A DNA stretch of 64,000 nt, taken from contig JAWKIO010000005.1 of assembly GCA_041394265.1 (NCBI GenBank), forward strand, positions 4,007,401-4,071,400, in the 5' to 3' direction. The stretch is from Acidimicrobiales bacterium (GTDB lineage: Bacteria; Actinomycetota; Acidimicrobiia; Acidimicrobiales; SZUA-35). The notes under the pieces are model-generated. The model was not told where the DNA came from. It saw only the letters and a program-made list of their open reading frames with translations, and did no database searches. Positions 1-8,908 of this stretch are shown piece by piece. A program made the position numbers and the translations under genes. Position 1 is the stretch's first letter; each line of letters opens with the position of its first letter.

Positions 1-34
1 GTTTCGGTAGGGGCTGGCGTGGGATGGTGTCCGG

Positions 35-1084
35 ATGCGGATCGCCATCGGTGTGGGAAGTGCGTACTACGACGGTTCCAACTGGGAGGAGATCGTCGAA
101 CTGGTTCGCCAGGCCGACAAGCTCGGCGTCGATGTCGCCTGGTCGGCCGAGGCCTGGGGGATGGAGACGATCGCCCCGCTGGCCTACCTGGCAGCCGTGA
201 CCGAGCGCATCCAGCTCGGCACCGGCATCATGCAGATCAGCGCCCGGACCCCGTCGATGACCGCCATGACCGCGCTGGCGATGGCCAGGTTGACCAACGA
301 CCGCTTCCTACTCGGCCTCGGCGTGAGCGGGCCGCAGGTGGTCGAAGGGCTCCACGGTGTGGCGTTCGCCAAACCGCTGTCACGGTTGAAGGAGTACGTC
401 GAGATCGTCCAAATGGGGCTCCGAGGCGAGCGGCTGTCCTACGACGGCGAGCACTACGTCCTGCCTCGCCCCGGCGGCGAGGGAAAGGCGCTCCGCCTTT
501 CGATGCCGCCGAAGCCAGACCTTCCGATCTATCTGGCAACGCTCGGACCCAAGTCGCTCGAGTTCACCGGCGAAGTGGCCAGCGGTTGGCTGGGTACCTC
601 GTTCATTCCGGAAGCCGCCGAGGTCAGCTTCGTCCACCTGCGAGCCGGCGCCGAGCGTGCCGGGCGTTCGCTGTCCGACCTCGATCTCCAAGTCGGGGGA
701 GCGTTCGACATCGACGACGACATCGATGCGGTGATCGAGCGGCATCGGCCCGGCCTCGCATTCTCGCTCGGCGCGATGGGATCGGCGACCACCAACTTCT
801 ACAACAACGCGTACTCCCGGGCTGGTTGGGCCGACGCCGCAGCCGAAGTGCAATCGCTGTGGGTGGCAGGCAAGAAGGACGAGGCGATCGCTGCGGTTCC
901 CGACGAGTTCGTGTTGGCGTCGAGCCTGATCGGCGACGAGGCGATGGTCCGCGATCGGGTGCGAGCCCATGCCGACGCCGGCATCACGACGCTCCGAGTT
1001 GGCCTCCGCGGCAAGACGCTCAGCGAGCAACTCGACCACTTGGAGCGAGCCATCGCCCTCATCCGGAGCGCCGACGGTGACTGA
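35..1084 (+). CDS. LLM-class (luciferase-like) F420-dependent oxidoreductase
   Basis: 349-aa track ORF with strong GC3 bias. Segments MRIAIGVG, WSAEAWG and LGLGVSGPQVVEGLHG resemble luciferase-like monooxygenase / F420-dependent oxidoreductases as I recall them. No search run. Confidence 0.8.
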   Translation: MRIAIGVGSAYYDGSNWEEIVELVRQADKLGVDVAWSAEAWGMETIAPLAYLAAVTERIQLGTGIMQISARTPSMTAMTALAMARLTNDRFLLGLGVSGPQVVEGLHGVAFAKPLSRLKEYVEIVQMGLRGERLSYDGEHYVLPRPGGEGKALRLSMPPKPDLPIYLATLGPKSLEFTGEVASGWLGTSFIPEAAEVSFVHLRAGAERAGRSLSDLDLQVGGAFDIDDDIDAVIERHRPGLAFSLGAMGSATTNFYNNAYSRAGWADAAAEVQSLWVAGKKDEAIAAVPDEFVLASSLIGDEAMVRDRVRAHADAGITTLRVGLRGKTLSEQLDHLERAIALIRSADGD

Positions 1085-1094
1085 GGGCGCTGCC

Positions 1095-1694
1095 ATGGGC
1101 GACACCGTCGATTTCGCTCCTGGTCAGGCCCTGGTGGTGGTCGACATGCAGAACGACTTCGCCGACCCGGGTGGATCCCTGTTCGTCGCCGGAGGCGACG
1201 ACATCGTCGAACCGATCAACGTACTCATCGCCTCGGCTCGTGCCGGCGGTGCCACCGTCGTGCTCACCCAGGACTGGCACCCGCCCGCAACACCGCACTT
1301 CATCGACGACGGTGGCGTGTGGCCGGTCCACTGCGTCCGCTCCACCTGGGGCGCCGCGCTGCACCCCGACCTCTCGAACGACGCCGACGCCATCATTCGC
1401 AAGGGGACCGGCGGCGAGGATGGCTATTCGGCCTTCGCCATGGCCGACCCGTTGACGGGCGACGCCTCGACCACCGGCCTCGAAGCCTTGCTGCGGGCCC
1501 GGGCGGTCACCCGGGTGGTGGTCGTCGGGCTCGCCGCCGACGTCTGCGTGAAAGCGACTGCACTCGACGCCGTTGCTGCCGGCTTCGACACCACGGTGAT
1601 CTGGCGTGCCACTCGGCCGGTCGAGATCACCGCCGGCGACGGCGCACGAGCCCGAGCCGAACTCGAGGCTGCGGGTGTCGAGGTCGTCGAGTGA
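1095..1694 (+). CDS. pncA: nicotinamidase / isochorismatase-family hydrolase
   Basis: In-frame ATG at 1095 inside track ORF 969..1694. VVVDMQNDFADPGG, WPVHCV and VVVGLAADVCV motifs fit the nicotinamidase family. Directly coupled to a pncB-like gene. Confidence 0.85.
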   Translation: MGDTVDFAPGQALVVVDMQNDFADPGGSLFVAGGDDIVEPINVLIASARAGGATVVLTQDWHPPATPHFIDDGGVWPVHCVRSTWGAALHPDLSNDADAIIRKGTGGEDGYSAFAMADPLTGDASTTGLEALLRARAVTRVVVVGLAADVCVKATALDAVAAGFDTTVIWRATRPVEITAGDGARARAELEAAGVEVVE

Positions 1695-3220
1695 TCCACC
1701 TCGGTAGCCGGAGCGCTCTGTTCACCGATCACTACCAGCTGGTGATGGGCCAGCTCTACTTCCGTGAGGGGCTGGCCGAGCGGCGAGCCCAGTTCGACTA
1801 CTTCTTCCGCGAGAACCCCGACTACGGCACGCACCAGGCCGGCTTCTGCATCGCGGCCGGCCTCGAACCGCTGCTCGAGTGGTTGGACACCACCTCGTTC
1901 GGCGAGGCCGAGACCGCGGCGCTCCGCGAGCTACGCACGGCCGCCGGTGAGCCGCTGTTCGACGAGGCATATCTCGACTGGCTGGTGTCGTCGTGCGACT
2001 TCTCGCTGCTCGAGTTGACCTCGATCGCCGAAGGCCGTGTGATCCATCCCCACCTGCCGGTGATGTCGGTCGTCGGCCCGATGGCGGTGGCCCAGATCGT
2101 CGAGACGGCGCTGCTCAACCACCTCAACTATGCGACGCTGATCGCGACCAAGGCCGCTCGGGTTCGCCAGAGCGCCCAGTCGAGTGTCGTCCTCGAGTTC
2201 GGGATGCGGCGCGGCGCTGGTGCAGCGGTCGATGAAGGTGCTCGGGCGGCGCTGATCGGGGGCTGCAACGCCACCTCGAACGTCGAGGCGTCGGTCGTGC
2301 TCGGCACCGACCCCAAGGGCACCCACGCCCACAGCCTGGTTCAGGCCTATCTCGCCACCGGAGGCGGCGAGCTCGAGGCGTTCCGGGCGTTCGCCCGCAG
2401 CTACCCCGACGATTGCGTCTTGCTCGTCGACACCATCGACACGTTGCGGTCCGGCATGCCGAACGCCATCACCGTGTTCAACGAGCTCCGGGCCGCCGGG
2501 CACGAACCGGTCGGCGTTCGCCTCGACTCCGGCGACCTCGCCTATCTCGGGGTGCAGGCGGCTCGCCAACTCGACGCAGCAGGCTTCCCCGACGCCTCGA
2601 TCGTGCTGTCGGGTGACCTCGACGAGCTGACGATCTGGCAGATCCGCTCGCAGATCTTCGAGGAGGCGATCCGGGTCGGACTCGACCCGACGGCGATGCT
2701 CGCCCGCTTGGTCTACGGCGTCGGTACTCGGCTGATCACGTCGCACGGCGAGTCGGCACTCGGTGGCGTGTTCAAGCTCGTCGGCGTCGAGAACGCAGAA
2801 GGGGAGTGGGAGCCGGCGATCAAGCTGTCGGAGAACCCCGTCAAGATCCCGATCCCCGGAGCGAAGTCGGTGTGGCGGCTCTATGACCACGCCGGTGTTG
2901 CGACCGTCGACCTCGTCGCCGTGCCCGATGAGGATCCGCTGGGTGACGACGACATCGAGGCGTTCCACCCGTTTCTCGATGGCGTCAGCCGTATCATCCG
3001 GCGGAGCGACATTGCTCGGGCCGAGGCGCTGCGTTCTGATCCCCGCCTCCAACGGGATCAGGGCCTGGCAATGTCGAGGCAACGGGCGCTCGACGACGTG
3101 GCCGCACTCGATCCCGGTGTCCGCCGTCTCGTGAATCCTCACCGCTACCACGTCTCGCTCACCAAGGCGATGAAGGAGCGGCAGCGGACGGTGATCGCCG
3201 CCGTGAGATCGCGTGCTTGA
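1691..3220 (+). CDS. pncB: nicotinate phosphoribosyltransferase
   Basis: GTG at 1691 overlaps the pncA stop (GTGA). N-terminus [15 protein letters not shown] and GTHAHS are typical of NAPRTase. The first ~124 codons of track ORF 1319..3220 are an Arg/Gly-rich out-of-context extension. Confidence 0.85.
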   Translation: MIHLGSRSALFTDHYQLVMGQLYFREGLAERRAQFDYFFRENPDYGTHQAGFCIAAGLEPLLEWLDTTSFGEAETAALRELRTAAGEPLFDEAYLDWLVSSCDFSLLELTSIAEGRVIHPHLPVMSVVGPMAVAQIVETALLNHLNYATLIATKAARVRQSAQSSVVLEFGMRRGAGAAVDEGARAALIGGCNATSNVEASVVLGTDPKGTHAHSLVQAYLATGGGELEAFRAFARSYPDDCVLLVDTIDTLRSGMPNAITVFNELRAAGHEPVGVRLDSGDLAYLGVQAARQLDAAGFPDASIVLSGDLDELTIWQIRSQIFEEAIRVGLDPTAMLARLVYGVGTRLITSHGESALGGVFKLVGVENAEGEWEPAIKLSENPVKIPIPGAKSVWRLYDHAGVATVDLVAVPDEDPLGDDDIEAFHPFLDGVSRIIRRSDIARAEALRSDPRLQRDQGLAMSRQRALDDVAALDPGVRRLVNPHRYHVSLTKAMKERQRTVIAAVRSRA

Positions 3221-3494
3221 GCGCGCCCAGCAGTTCGCGCTGATCGAGGCCTCGAGCTATCTCGTGCTGATAGTGGCGATGGTGATCAAGTACGCGGGAG
3301 ATCAGCCACTCGGTGTGCAGATCATGGGCCCGGTCCACGGCGTGCTCGTGCTGGTGTATGCGGCGCTGCTGCTCGAGGTCCGCAACGATCTCGGTTGGGA
3401 TCACCAACGGCTGATCACGGCGATCGCCCTCGGCGCTCTGCCCCTCGGTGGCTTCTGGGTGGAGCGACACTGGCTCCACCGACCCGCTCGCTGA
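3213..3494 (+). CDS. DUF3817-like small integral membrane protein
   Basis: 93-aa ORF whose GTG start overlaps the pncB stop. Three hydrophobic helices (LVLIVAMVIKY, VHGVLVLVYAALLL, ITAIALGALPLGGFWV). Confidence 0.7.
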   Translation: MLERAQQFALIEASSYLVLIVAMVIKYAGDQPLGVQIMGPVHGVLVLVYAALLLEVRNDLGWDHQRLITAIALGALPLGGFWVERHWLHRPAR

Positions 3495-4938
3495 CCTGGA
3501 CCCGGCGATCGCCCATCATCTTCGGTGCGAGAGCGCCGTGGACGACACCGTGGTGTCGCCGTTGTCGTTGGTCGGGTGCGGGGTTCACCATCTCCGGTAT
3601 GACGGCGCCGTGATCGGCACCCTGGTACCGGAGTGCAGCGGCGGGGGGGGGGGGGGGGGGGGGGCCGATCGCCCGAGGCGTTTCAGGCCGGGGCGCGGGT
3701 CTTGCGGAGGAGGGGTCGGCGAGACCGAGGAGCTTGTCGGCCGCAGTGAGGACCCGGCCCGAGGCGCCGGGGGTTTCGCTGTCGACCAGGTTGCCCATGA
3801 CGGCCAGGGTGATGTTCGCAATCGATTGGGTGCCGACGGCAAGACGCAGCCCGGAGCGAAGGATGAGTGGATGGCCGATCAGGAACGAGAAGCGGCGCCC
3901 AGTTCGCAGGAAGCTGTCGAACCGCTCGCCGACCTGTTGGTCATAGCGGGCGGGTGCAGTGGCCGGATCATCGAGGAACAGATCGGCGGCCAGCATGCCG
4001 GACTCGAGCCCGTAGTCGATGCCTTCACCGTTCATCGGATTCACGAGACCCGCGGCGTCGCCGACGGCCACCCAGCCCTCGCCATGGCGCTGTTGCACAC
4101 TCATCGGCAGGCGCCAGGCTCGCGGGCGTTCGAGGTTCGGGCCGAGGTCCCACTCGTCGGCGACGAGCGACCGATAGCTGTCGAGGAGCGTGTTGAGGTT
4201 CAGGCTCTTGAACCCCTTCATGGTCGACAACGCACCGACGCCGATGTTCACCGTGCCGTCGCCTGCCGGGAACATCCAGCCGTAGCCAGGCACTGGCGTA
4301 CCGTTCGCGTCGCGCAAGGTGAGGCAAGCCTCGAGGTGTTGATCGGCGTGGCGAGGTGAGGCGGCGTAGCTGCGGATGGCGAGCCCGAAGGGTTCGTCGG
4401 CGATGCGCTCGGCGCCGAGCAGCCGCGAGGCAGCGCCCGGTGCGCCGGCAGCGAGGACGACGAGGTCGGCGCTGAAGCGTCGACCGGCGGCCTCGACTCC
4501 GCTGACCCGTCCACGATCGTCCACGGTCGGCAGCGCCTCGGTTTCGTAGACGAGCTCGGCACCGGCCTCGACCGCGGCGTCCATCAGCGCAGCGTCAAGG
4601 AGGCGCCGTGGCCAGACCGCACCGTGATTCGGGAACCGGCTCGTGGTCGGCCAGTCGAGTTCACGTCGAGTCTTGTTGGCGATCATGCGGAGGCCGACGA
4701 TGTGGTGCGAGTCGCCGATGTCGATCTTGAGTTCGTCGAGGGCGCCGATGGCCCGAGGCGTCAGCCCATCGCCACAGACCTTGTCGCGACCGTGTGCGCC
4801 CTTTTCGAACACGATGACCCGGGCACCGCTTCGGGCGGCACGGATGGCAGTGGCAGCCCCGGCGGGCCCGGCGCCGATCACGGCGATGTCGTAGTGGGAG
4901 TGATCGCGGTGCGTGGGCACCCAGCCAGTGTGGGCCAT
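3415..4938 (-). CDS. geranylgeranyl reductase family FAD-dependent oxidoreductase (3' end uncertain)
   Basis: N-terminal DIAVIGAGPAGAATA Rossmann motif and CGDGLTP motif. The enzyme-like part ends around residue 400. The tail runs through a poly-C/G tract (poly-Pro) and overlaps the convergent gene 3213..3494, so the annotated stop is doubtful. Confidence 0.75.
   Translation of the reverse strand: MAHTGWVPTHRDHSHYDIAVIGAGPAGAATAIRAARSGARVIVFEKGAHGRDKVCGDGLTPRAIGALDELKIDIGDSHHIVGLRMIANKTRRELDWPTTSRFPNHGAVWPRRLLDAALMDAAVEAGAELVYETEALPTVDDRGRVSGVEAAGRRFSADLVVLAAGAPGAASRLLGAERIADEPFGLAIRSYAASPRHADQHLEACLTLRDANGTPVPGYGWMFPAGDGTVNIGVGALSTMKGFKSLNLNTLLDSYRSLVADEWDLGPNLERPRAWRLPMSVQQRHGEGWVAVGDAAGLVNPMNGEGIDYGLESGMLAADLFLDDPATAPARYDQQVGERFDSFLRTGRRFSFLIGHPLILRSGLRLAVGTQSIANITLAVMGNLVDSETPGASGRVLTAADKLLGLADPSSARPAPRPETPRAIGPPPPPPPAAALRYQGADHGAVIPEMVNPAPDQRQRRHHGVVHGALAPKMMGDRRVQVSERVGGASVAPPRSHRGAERRGRSP
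3643..3664. repeat. homopolymer tract, 22 consecutive G (C on the coding strand)
   Basis: Counted directly in the sequence: 8+10+4 G from 3643 to 3664. Confidence 0.95.
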
Positions 4939-4939
4939 G

Positions 4940-5013
4940 TGGAGCGGGTACGGGGAATCGAACCCCGATCAACAGGATGGAAGCCTGTTGCTCTACCATT
5001 GAGCTACACCCGC
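4940..5013 (-). tRNA. tRNA-Gly (anticodon UCC), CCA encoded
   Basis: The reverse complement reads GCGGGTGTAGCTCAATGGTAGAGCAACAGGCTTCCATCCTGTTGATCGGGGTTCGATTCCCCGTACCCGCTCCA. It has a 7-bp acceptor stem GCGGGTG/TACCCGC, anticodon stem CAGG/CCTG with loop CTTCCAT, and T arm GGGG-TTCGATT-CCCC. Confidence 0.9.
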
Positions 5014-5081
5014 AGGGGCGCTCACTCTAGCAATGGTCGTGAGTGGCGCCACGCACCCCGATCATCGTGGCGACTCGCGGT

Positions 5082-6242
5082 TCATAGCGTCGGATCGTGT
5101 CGATTCCTCCACGCTTCGGCCCAGGTGACACGCGAGCCGGTCCGCAGGAGCGAATAGCGGTAGATCCAACCGGCCGCCCGGATCGTGACGACGATCGAAG
5201 CCGCCAGCAGGCCCAGGGAGAGTGCGATCTGCCATGCCGGCATGTCGACGGTCGCGTTGCGGAAGGGGAGGAGGACCGGCGAGGTGAACGGGACGAAGGA
5301 CCCGATGGTCACCGCAAGATTGTCGGGATTGGCAAAGCTCGCGGCGGCGATGAAGTAGCCCGTGAGAAGGGGGAACATCACGGGCAGCTGGGCGCTGGTG
5401 GCGTCCTCTTGTCGTGACACCATCGAACCGACGGCGGCGTAGGCAGTGGCGTAGAAGCCGAAACCGAGCAGGAAGGTGACGACCGACAACGGCACGGTCG
5501 ACCACACGCCGGCGGGAATGGTGATGTCCTCCACGAGCAGGAGCCCGACCACCAGTCCGAGCACGAAGATGAGCATCTGGCCGAGCGCAAGGACGCCAAG
5601 GCCGAGCACCTTGCCGCTCAGCAGTGTCGCCGGGCGCACGTGTGACAGCAGGATCTCGACCACGCGCGACGACTTCTCCTCGATGACACCCATCATCAAG
5701 AACGAGCCCCACATCTGCAACAGCATGAAGGTGGCAAAGCCCGAAACGACGGCGGCCGCCAGTCGCACGCCGAACTGATCATCGCCGCCATCGAGACGAA
5801 CCTCACCGATGTCGAGCGGGGCGAACAGTTCACCGAGTTGGTCGGGAGCGAGTCCGAGACCGTCGGCCCGCTCGGTGAACGCGGCCTGTTGGACGGTGTC
5901 GCGCACGTAGGCGTCGAGGGTTCGATCGGGAAGTCCCTCCCAGGTCAACGCAGTGCCGTCGAACAGAACGTCGATGGTGCCGTCGTCGACGAGTTGGGTG
6001 TCGGCCTCGACGATCTCGACCGTCGGTGCCAGGTCGGGGGTCCCGGCAGCGAGTGCTTCGGCATACGGGGCGGCCGCGTCGGTGAGGCCGATGGTGACTT
6101 CGCGCGGTTCATTGCTGCTGTTCAGGAACAGCTGGACGAGAGCGATGGCGATGACGCCGACGAACAGCAGGCCGGTGAGGATCAAGAACCCCTTCGACCG
6201 ACCTCGCGTGAGGATCTCTCGTTTGGCAATGGTCCAGATCAT
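5082..6242 (-). CDS. ABC-2 type transporter permease
   Basis: 386-aa ORF with an N-terminal TM helix, a large extracytoplasmic loop, then about 5 C-terminal TM helices. Its start overlaps the stop of the upstream ATPase gene (ATGA on the minus strand at 6239-6242). Confidence 0.8.
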   Translation of the reverse strand: MIWTIAKREILTRGRSKGFLILTGLLFVGVIAIALVQLFLNSSNEPREVTIGLTDAAAPYAEALAAGTPDLAPTVEIVEADTQLVDDGTIDVLFDGTALTWEGLPDRTLDAYVRDTVQQAAFTERADGLGLAPDQLGELFAPLDIGEVRLDGGDDQFGVRLAAAVVSGFATFMLLQMWGSFLMMGVIEEKSSRVVEILLSHVRPATLLSGKVLGLGVLALGQMLIFVLGLVVGLLLVEDITIPAGVWSTVPLSVVTFLLGFGFYATAYAAVGSMVSRQEDATSAQLPVMFPLLTGYFIAAASFANPDNLAVTIGSFVPFTSPVLLPFRNATVDMPAWQIALSLGLLAASIVVTIRAAGWIYRYSLLRTGSRVTWAEAWRNRHDPTL

Positions 6243-7222
6243 GGTCGGACCTCACGGTCCGCAGCACTGCCAGCCGCGCCGTCGGCTGCAGCGACGAGCT
6301 CCTCGTCATCGAGCTCGTCTCGAACGAGCTCGCTGAACACTTCGTCGAGACCGGGTGGCTCGAGCGCGACCTCGCTGACCGGGCCGGCGGCCAGCGCATC
6401 GGCGATGCTGGCACCAACGTCGACGGTGTGGTCGAGTCGCACGACGCACCTACGGCCGTCGAAGTGCTCGACGCTTCCGATCGTCGGTTGCCAATGATCG
6501 ATCGGATCGGCCCAGCGAACCCGCAACCACCGAGTGGGGGAGGCCGAGCGGAGATCGGCGATGCGCCCGCCGGCCACCCGGCGACCCTTGCTGACGATCA
6601 CGACCTCTTCGCAGAGATCTTCGACCACGTCGAGTTGGTGCGATGAGAACAGCACGCTGGCCCCCTCGTCGGCCCGTTCGGCGATGATCTCGCGCATCGT
6701 GTCGGCCGCCACGGGGTCGAGTCCGGCGAATGGCTCGTCGAGCACGAGGAGATCGGGATCGTGGACCAGCGAGACCGCCAGCTGGACCCGCTGTTGGTTG
6801 CCTCCCGACAGCTCCTGGACCAGAGCATCGGCTCGATCGGTCAGTCCGAGCCGAGCCAACCAATGGTCGGTCCGCTCCGCCGTCTGGCTCGGCGTGAGAC
6901 CGGCGAGTCGACCGAAGTAGCGCACCTGCTCGCCGACCTTCATGCGAGGGTACAGCCCACGCTCTTGGGGCATGTATCCGATGCGGTTCCGAGCATCGTC
7001 GTCGATCGCCGAGCCCTCCCAAGTGATGGCACCGCTGTCGGGTCGGGCCATGCCGAGGATGGCGCGCATCGTGGTGGTCTTGCCGGCGCCATTGGGGCCG
7101 AGGAATCCGATCATCGCGCCGCGGGGGACCGACAGGTCGAGGCCATCGACCGCAACCACCGAGCCGTACCGCTTGGCGAGATCCGTGATTTCCAGACCAC
7201 TCGAACCGGGTGACGACGTCAT
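6239..7222 (-). CDS. ABC transporter ATP-binding protein
   Basis: Start reset to the ATG at 7222 (MTSSPGSSGLEITDL). Walker A GPNGAGKTT, signature LSGGNQQRV, Walker B LLVLDEPFAGLD. Confidence 0.88.
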   Translation of the reverse strand: MTSSPGSSGLEITDLAKRYGSVVAVDGLDLSVPRGAMIGFLGPNGAGKTTTMRAILGMARPDSGAITWEGSAIDDDARNRIGYMPQERGLYPRMKVGEQVRYFGRLAGLTPSQTAERTDHWLARLGLTDRADALVQELSGGNQQRVQLAVSLVHDPDLLVLDEPFAGLDPVAADTMREIIAERADEGASVLFSSHQLDVVEDLCEEVVIVSKGRRVAGGRIADLRSASPTRWLRVRWADPIDHWQPTIGSVEHFDGRRCVVRLDHTVDVGASIADALAAGPVSEVALEPPGLDEVFSELVRDELDDEELVAAADGAAGSAADREVRP

Positions 7223-7426
7223 TTCGCCAGGGTAGTCGGCTCGGCGGGGGAGCCATTTCGGTGAGGTGTCGCGCTGCTGCGGATCCGGTCGGTGGCGGCG
7301 GTGCCCGACGTCACGTACGACGCTGATCGTCGTGAGCAGCAATTACGCAACTACCCGTCGGAAACTTTCCGGAACGAGTTTCTTTCTCGACGTTCGTAAC
7401 CCAAGATGGTGCCCTGGGAGGAAGAC

Positions 7427-7624
7427 ATGATGACGACCGAAGGCAAGCTGCTGCTGGCGGAACTGGAGGATGACACCGCTCGAGCGTGGGAGGCGTATGC
7501 CAACGCCAACGGCGTGACGGTCGAAGCGCTCCTCGATGCGTTGGGGCCGGTCCTGCGACGGGTCGGCAGCGACTCGCTCGACCTCAGACAGGTGCTGCGT
7601 CAGGCGGTCGACGCCGCACGCTGA
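7427..7624 (+). CDS. hypothetical small acidic protein (65 aa)
   Basis: ATG at 7427 is preceded by GGGAGGAAGAC. High GC3. No recognisable domain. The track ORF starts at 7406. Confidence 0.4.
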   Translation: MMTTEGKLLLAELEDDTARAWEAYANANGVTVEALLDALGPVLRRVGSDSLDLRQVLRQAVDAAR

Positions 7625-7665
7625 TCGGATCGGCCCTTCGCACGTCGGGATGACATTGCCGTCGA

Positions 7666-8856
7666 TCAGGTCGAGGCGACGCCGTCGGCGAGCAAGCGAT
7701 CGATGGCGTCGTCGTCGAGGCCGGCCAGGCGCAGGATCTCGACGGTGTCCTGGCCGACGAGCGGCGCCGGCGACGGGTCGCCGAGTGCGGACTCGCTGAA
7801 CCGCAGCGGCGCCCGGATCGATCGGTAAGCACCGGCGACGGGATGCTCGCGATCGACGAGCGCTCCACGGTGGTGCGCCGGATCGTCGACGATGTCGGCG
7901 AGCGGCGGGATCGGCGCCACGGGGACGGCATGTTCGGCGCAGAGTTCGAGCCAGTCGGCAGTGGTCCGCTCGGCCGCGATCGCCCCCAGGGTGCCGTAGA
8001 CCTCGTCGGCGTTGTCGAGCCGAGCCCGATGCGTGGCAAAGCTCGGTTCGAGGAGGATCTCCTCCTTGCCGACCGCAGCGAACAGCGCCTGCCACTGGGC
8101 GTCGGTGTAGGGGAGCATGGCGATGTAGCCGTCGAGTGTCTTGTGCGGACCGCGGTGGGGTGTGAGGACCCGGTTGTACCCGGGTGGCCCACCGGCGATG
8201 GTCGCTCTCGCCAGGTGTTCGACGAGGTTGAACGCCAGGGCTGTGTCGAACATCGGGACCTCGACCCGCTGCCCACGACCCGTGGTTCCTCGGGCAACCA
8301 GCGCGGCGAGCACGCCCTGGGAGATGAACGTCCCGGCGACCTTGTCGGCCACGATGGTCGGGAGGAAGTGGGTGATGTCGAAGGCGATCTGGCCGAGCTG
8401 CGGGAAGCCGGTGAGGGCCTGGATGATGTCGTCGTACGCCGGGAGCCCAGCCTCGCTCGAGTCGCTTGCGAACCCCTGCGCCTGACAGACCACGAGCCGA
8501 GGGAAGTCGTCCTTCAGCGCCTCGTAGTCGAGGCCGAGGCGTGCCAGCGGCCCGGGCCGCAGGTTCGTGAGGAGCACGTCGGCATCGGCCAGCAGCCGCT
8601 TCACGACATCGATCGCCTCCGGTCGTTTCAGGTCGAGCACGATCGAAGACTTGTTGCGATGGAGGTTCAGCGCGATCCCGCTCAACTGGGGATGCGGCCC
8701 GCCACCCATGGCCCGGCTGCTGTCACCCCGCCCGGTCTCGATCTTGATCACCTCGGCACCGAGGTCGCCGAGCAGCTGGGCGCCGTACGGACCCATGATC
8801 ACGGTGGCGATCTCGACGACTCGGATCCCGGCGAGTGGTCCCCTTCGTTCGGTCAC
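7666..8856 (-). CDS. family III CoA-transferase (CaiB/BaiF type)
   Basis: Start reset to the GTG at 8856 (VTERRGPLAGIRVVEIATVIMGPYGAQLLGDLGAEVIKIE), a typical N-terminus for this family. ~396 aa. Confidence 0.85.
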   Translation of the reverse strand: MTERRGPLAGIRVVEIATVIMGPYGAQLLGDLGAEVIKIETGRGDSSRAMGGGPHPQLSGIALNLHRNKSSIVLDLKRPEAIDVVKRLLADADVLLTNLRPGPLARLGLDYEALKDDFPRLVVCQAQGFASDSSEAGLPAYDDIIQALTGFPQLGQIAFDITHFLPTIVADKVAGTFISQGVLAALVARGTTGRGQRVEVPMFDTALAFNLVEHLARATIAGGPPGYNRVLTPHRGPHKTLDGYIAMLPYTDAQWQALFAAVGKEEILLEPSFATHRARLDNADEVYGTLGAIAAERTTADWLELCAEHAVPVAPIPPLADIVDDPAHHRGALVDREHPVAGAYRSIRAPLRFSESALGDPSPAPLVGQDTVEILRLAGLDDDAIDRLLADGVAST

Positions 8857-8908
8857 AGGTCGGATGCTACGTTCTGGCCCGACGGGGGTCGAGACGAGGA
8901 GGAAGTGT

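Noticed and set aside
3448-4359. A plus-strand 303-aa ORF with a poly-Gly run across the G tract
   Set aside because: It is antisense to the well-supported geranylgeranyl-reductase gene. Its composition is Gly/Arg-rich and the poly-Gly run is just the homopolymer read in another frame.
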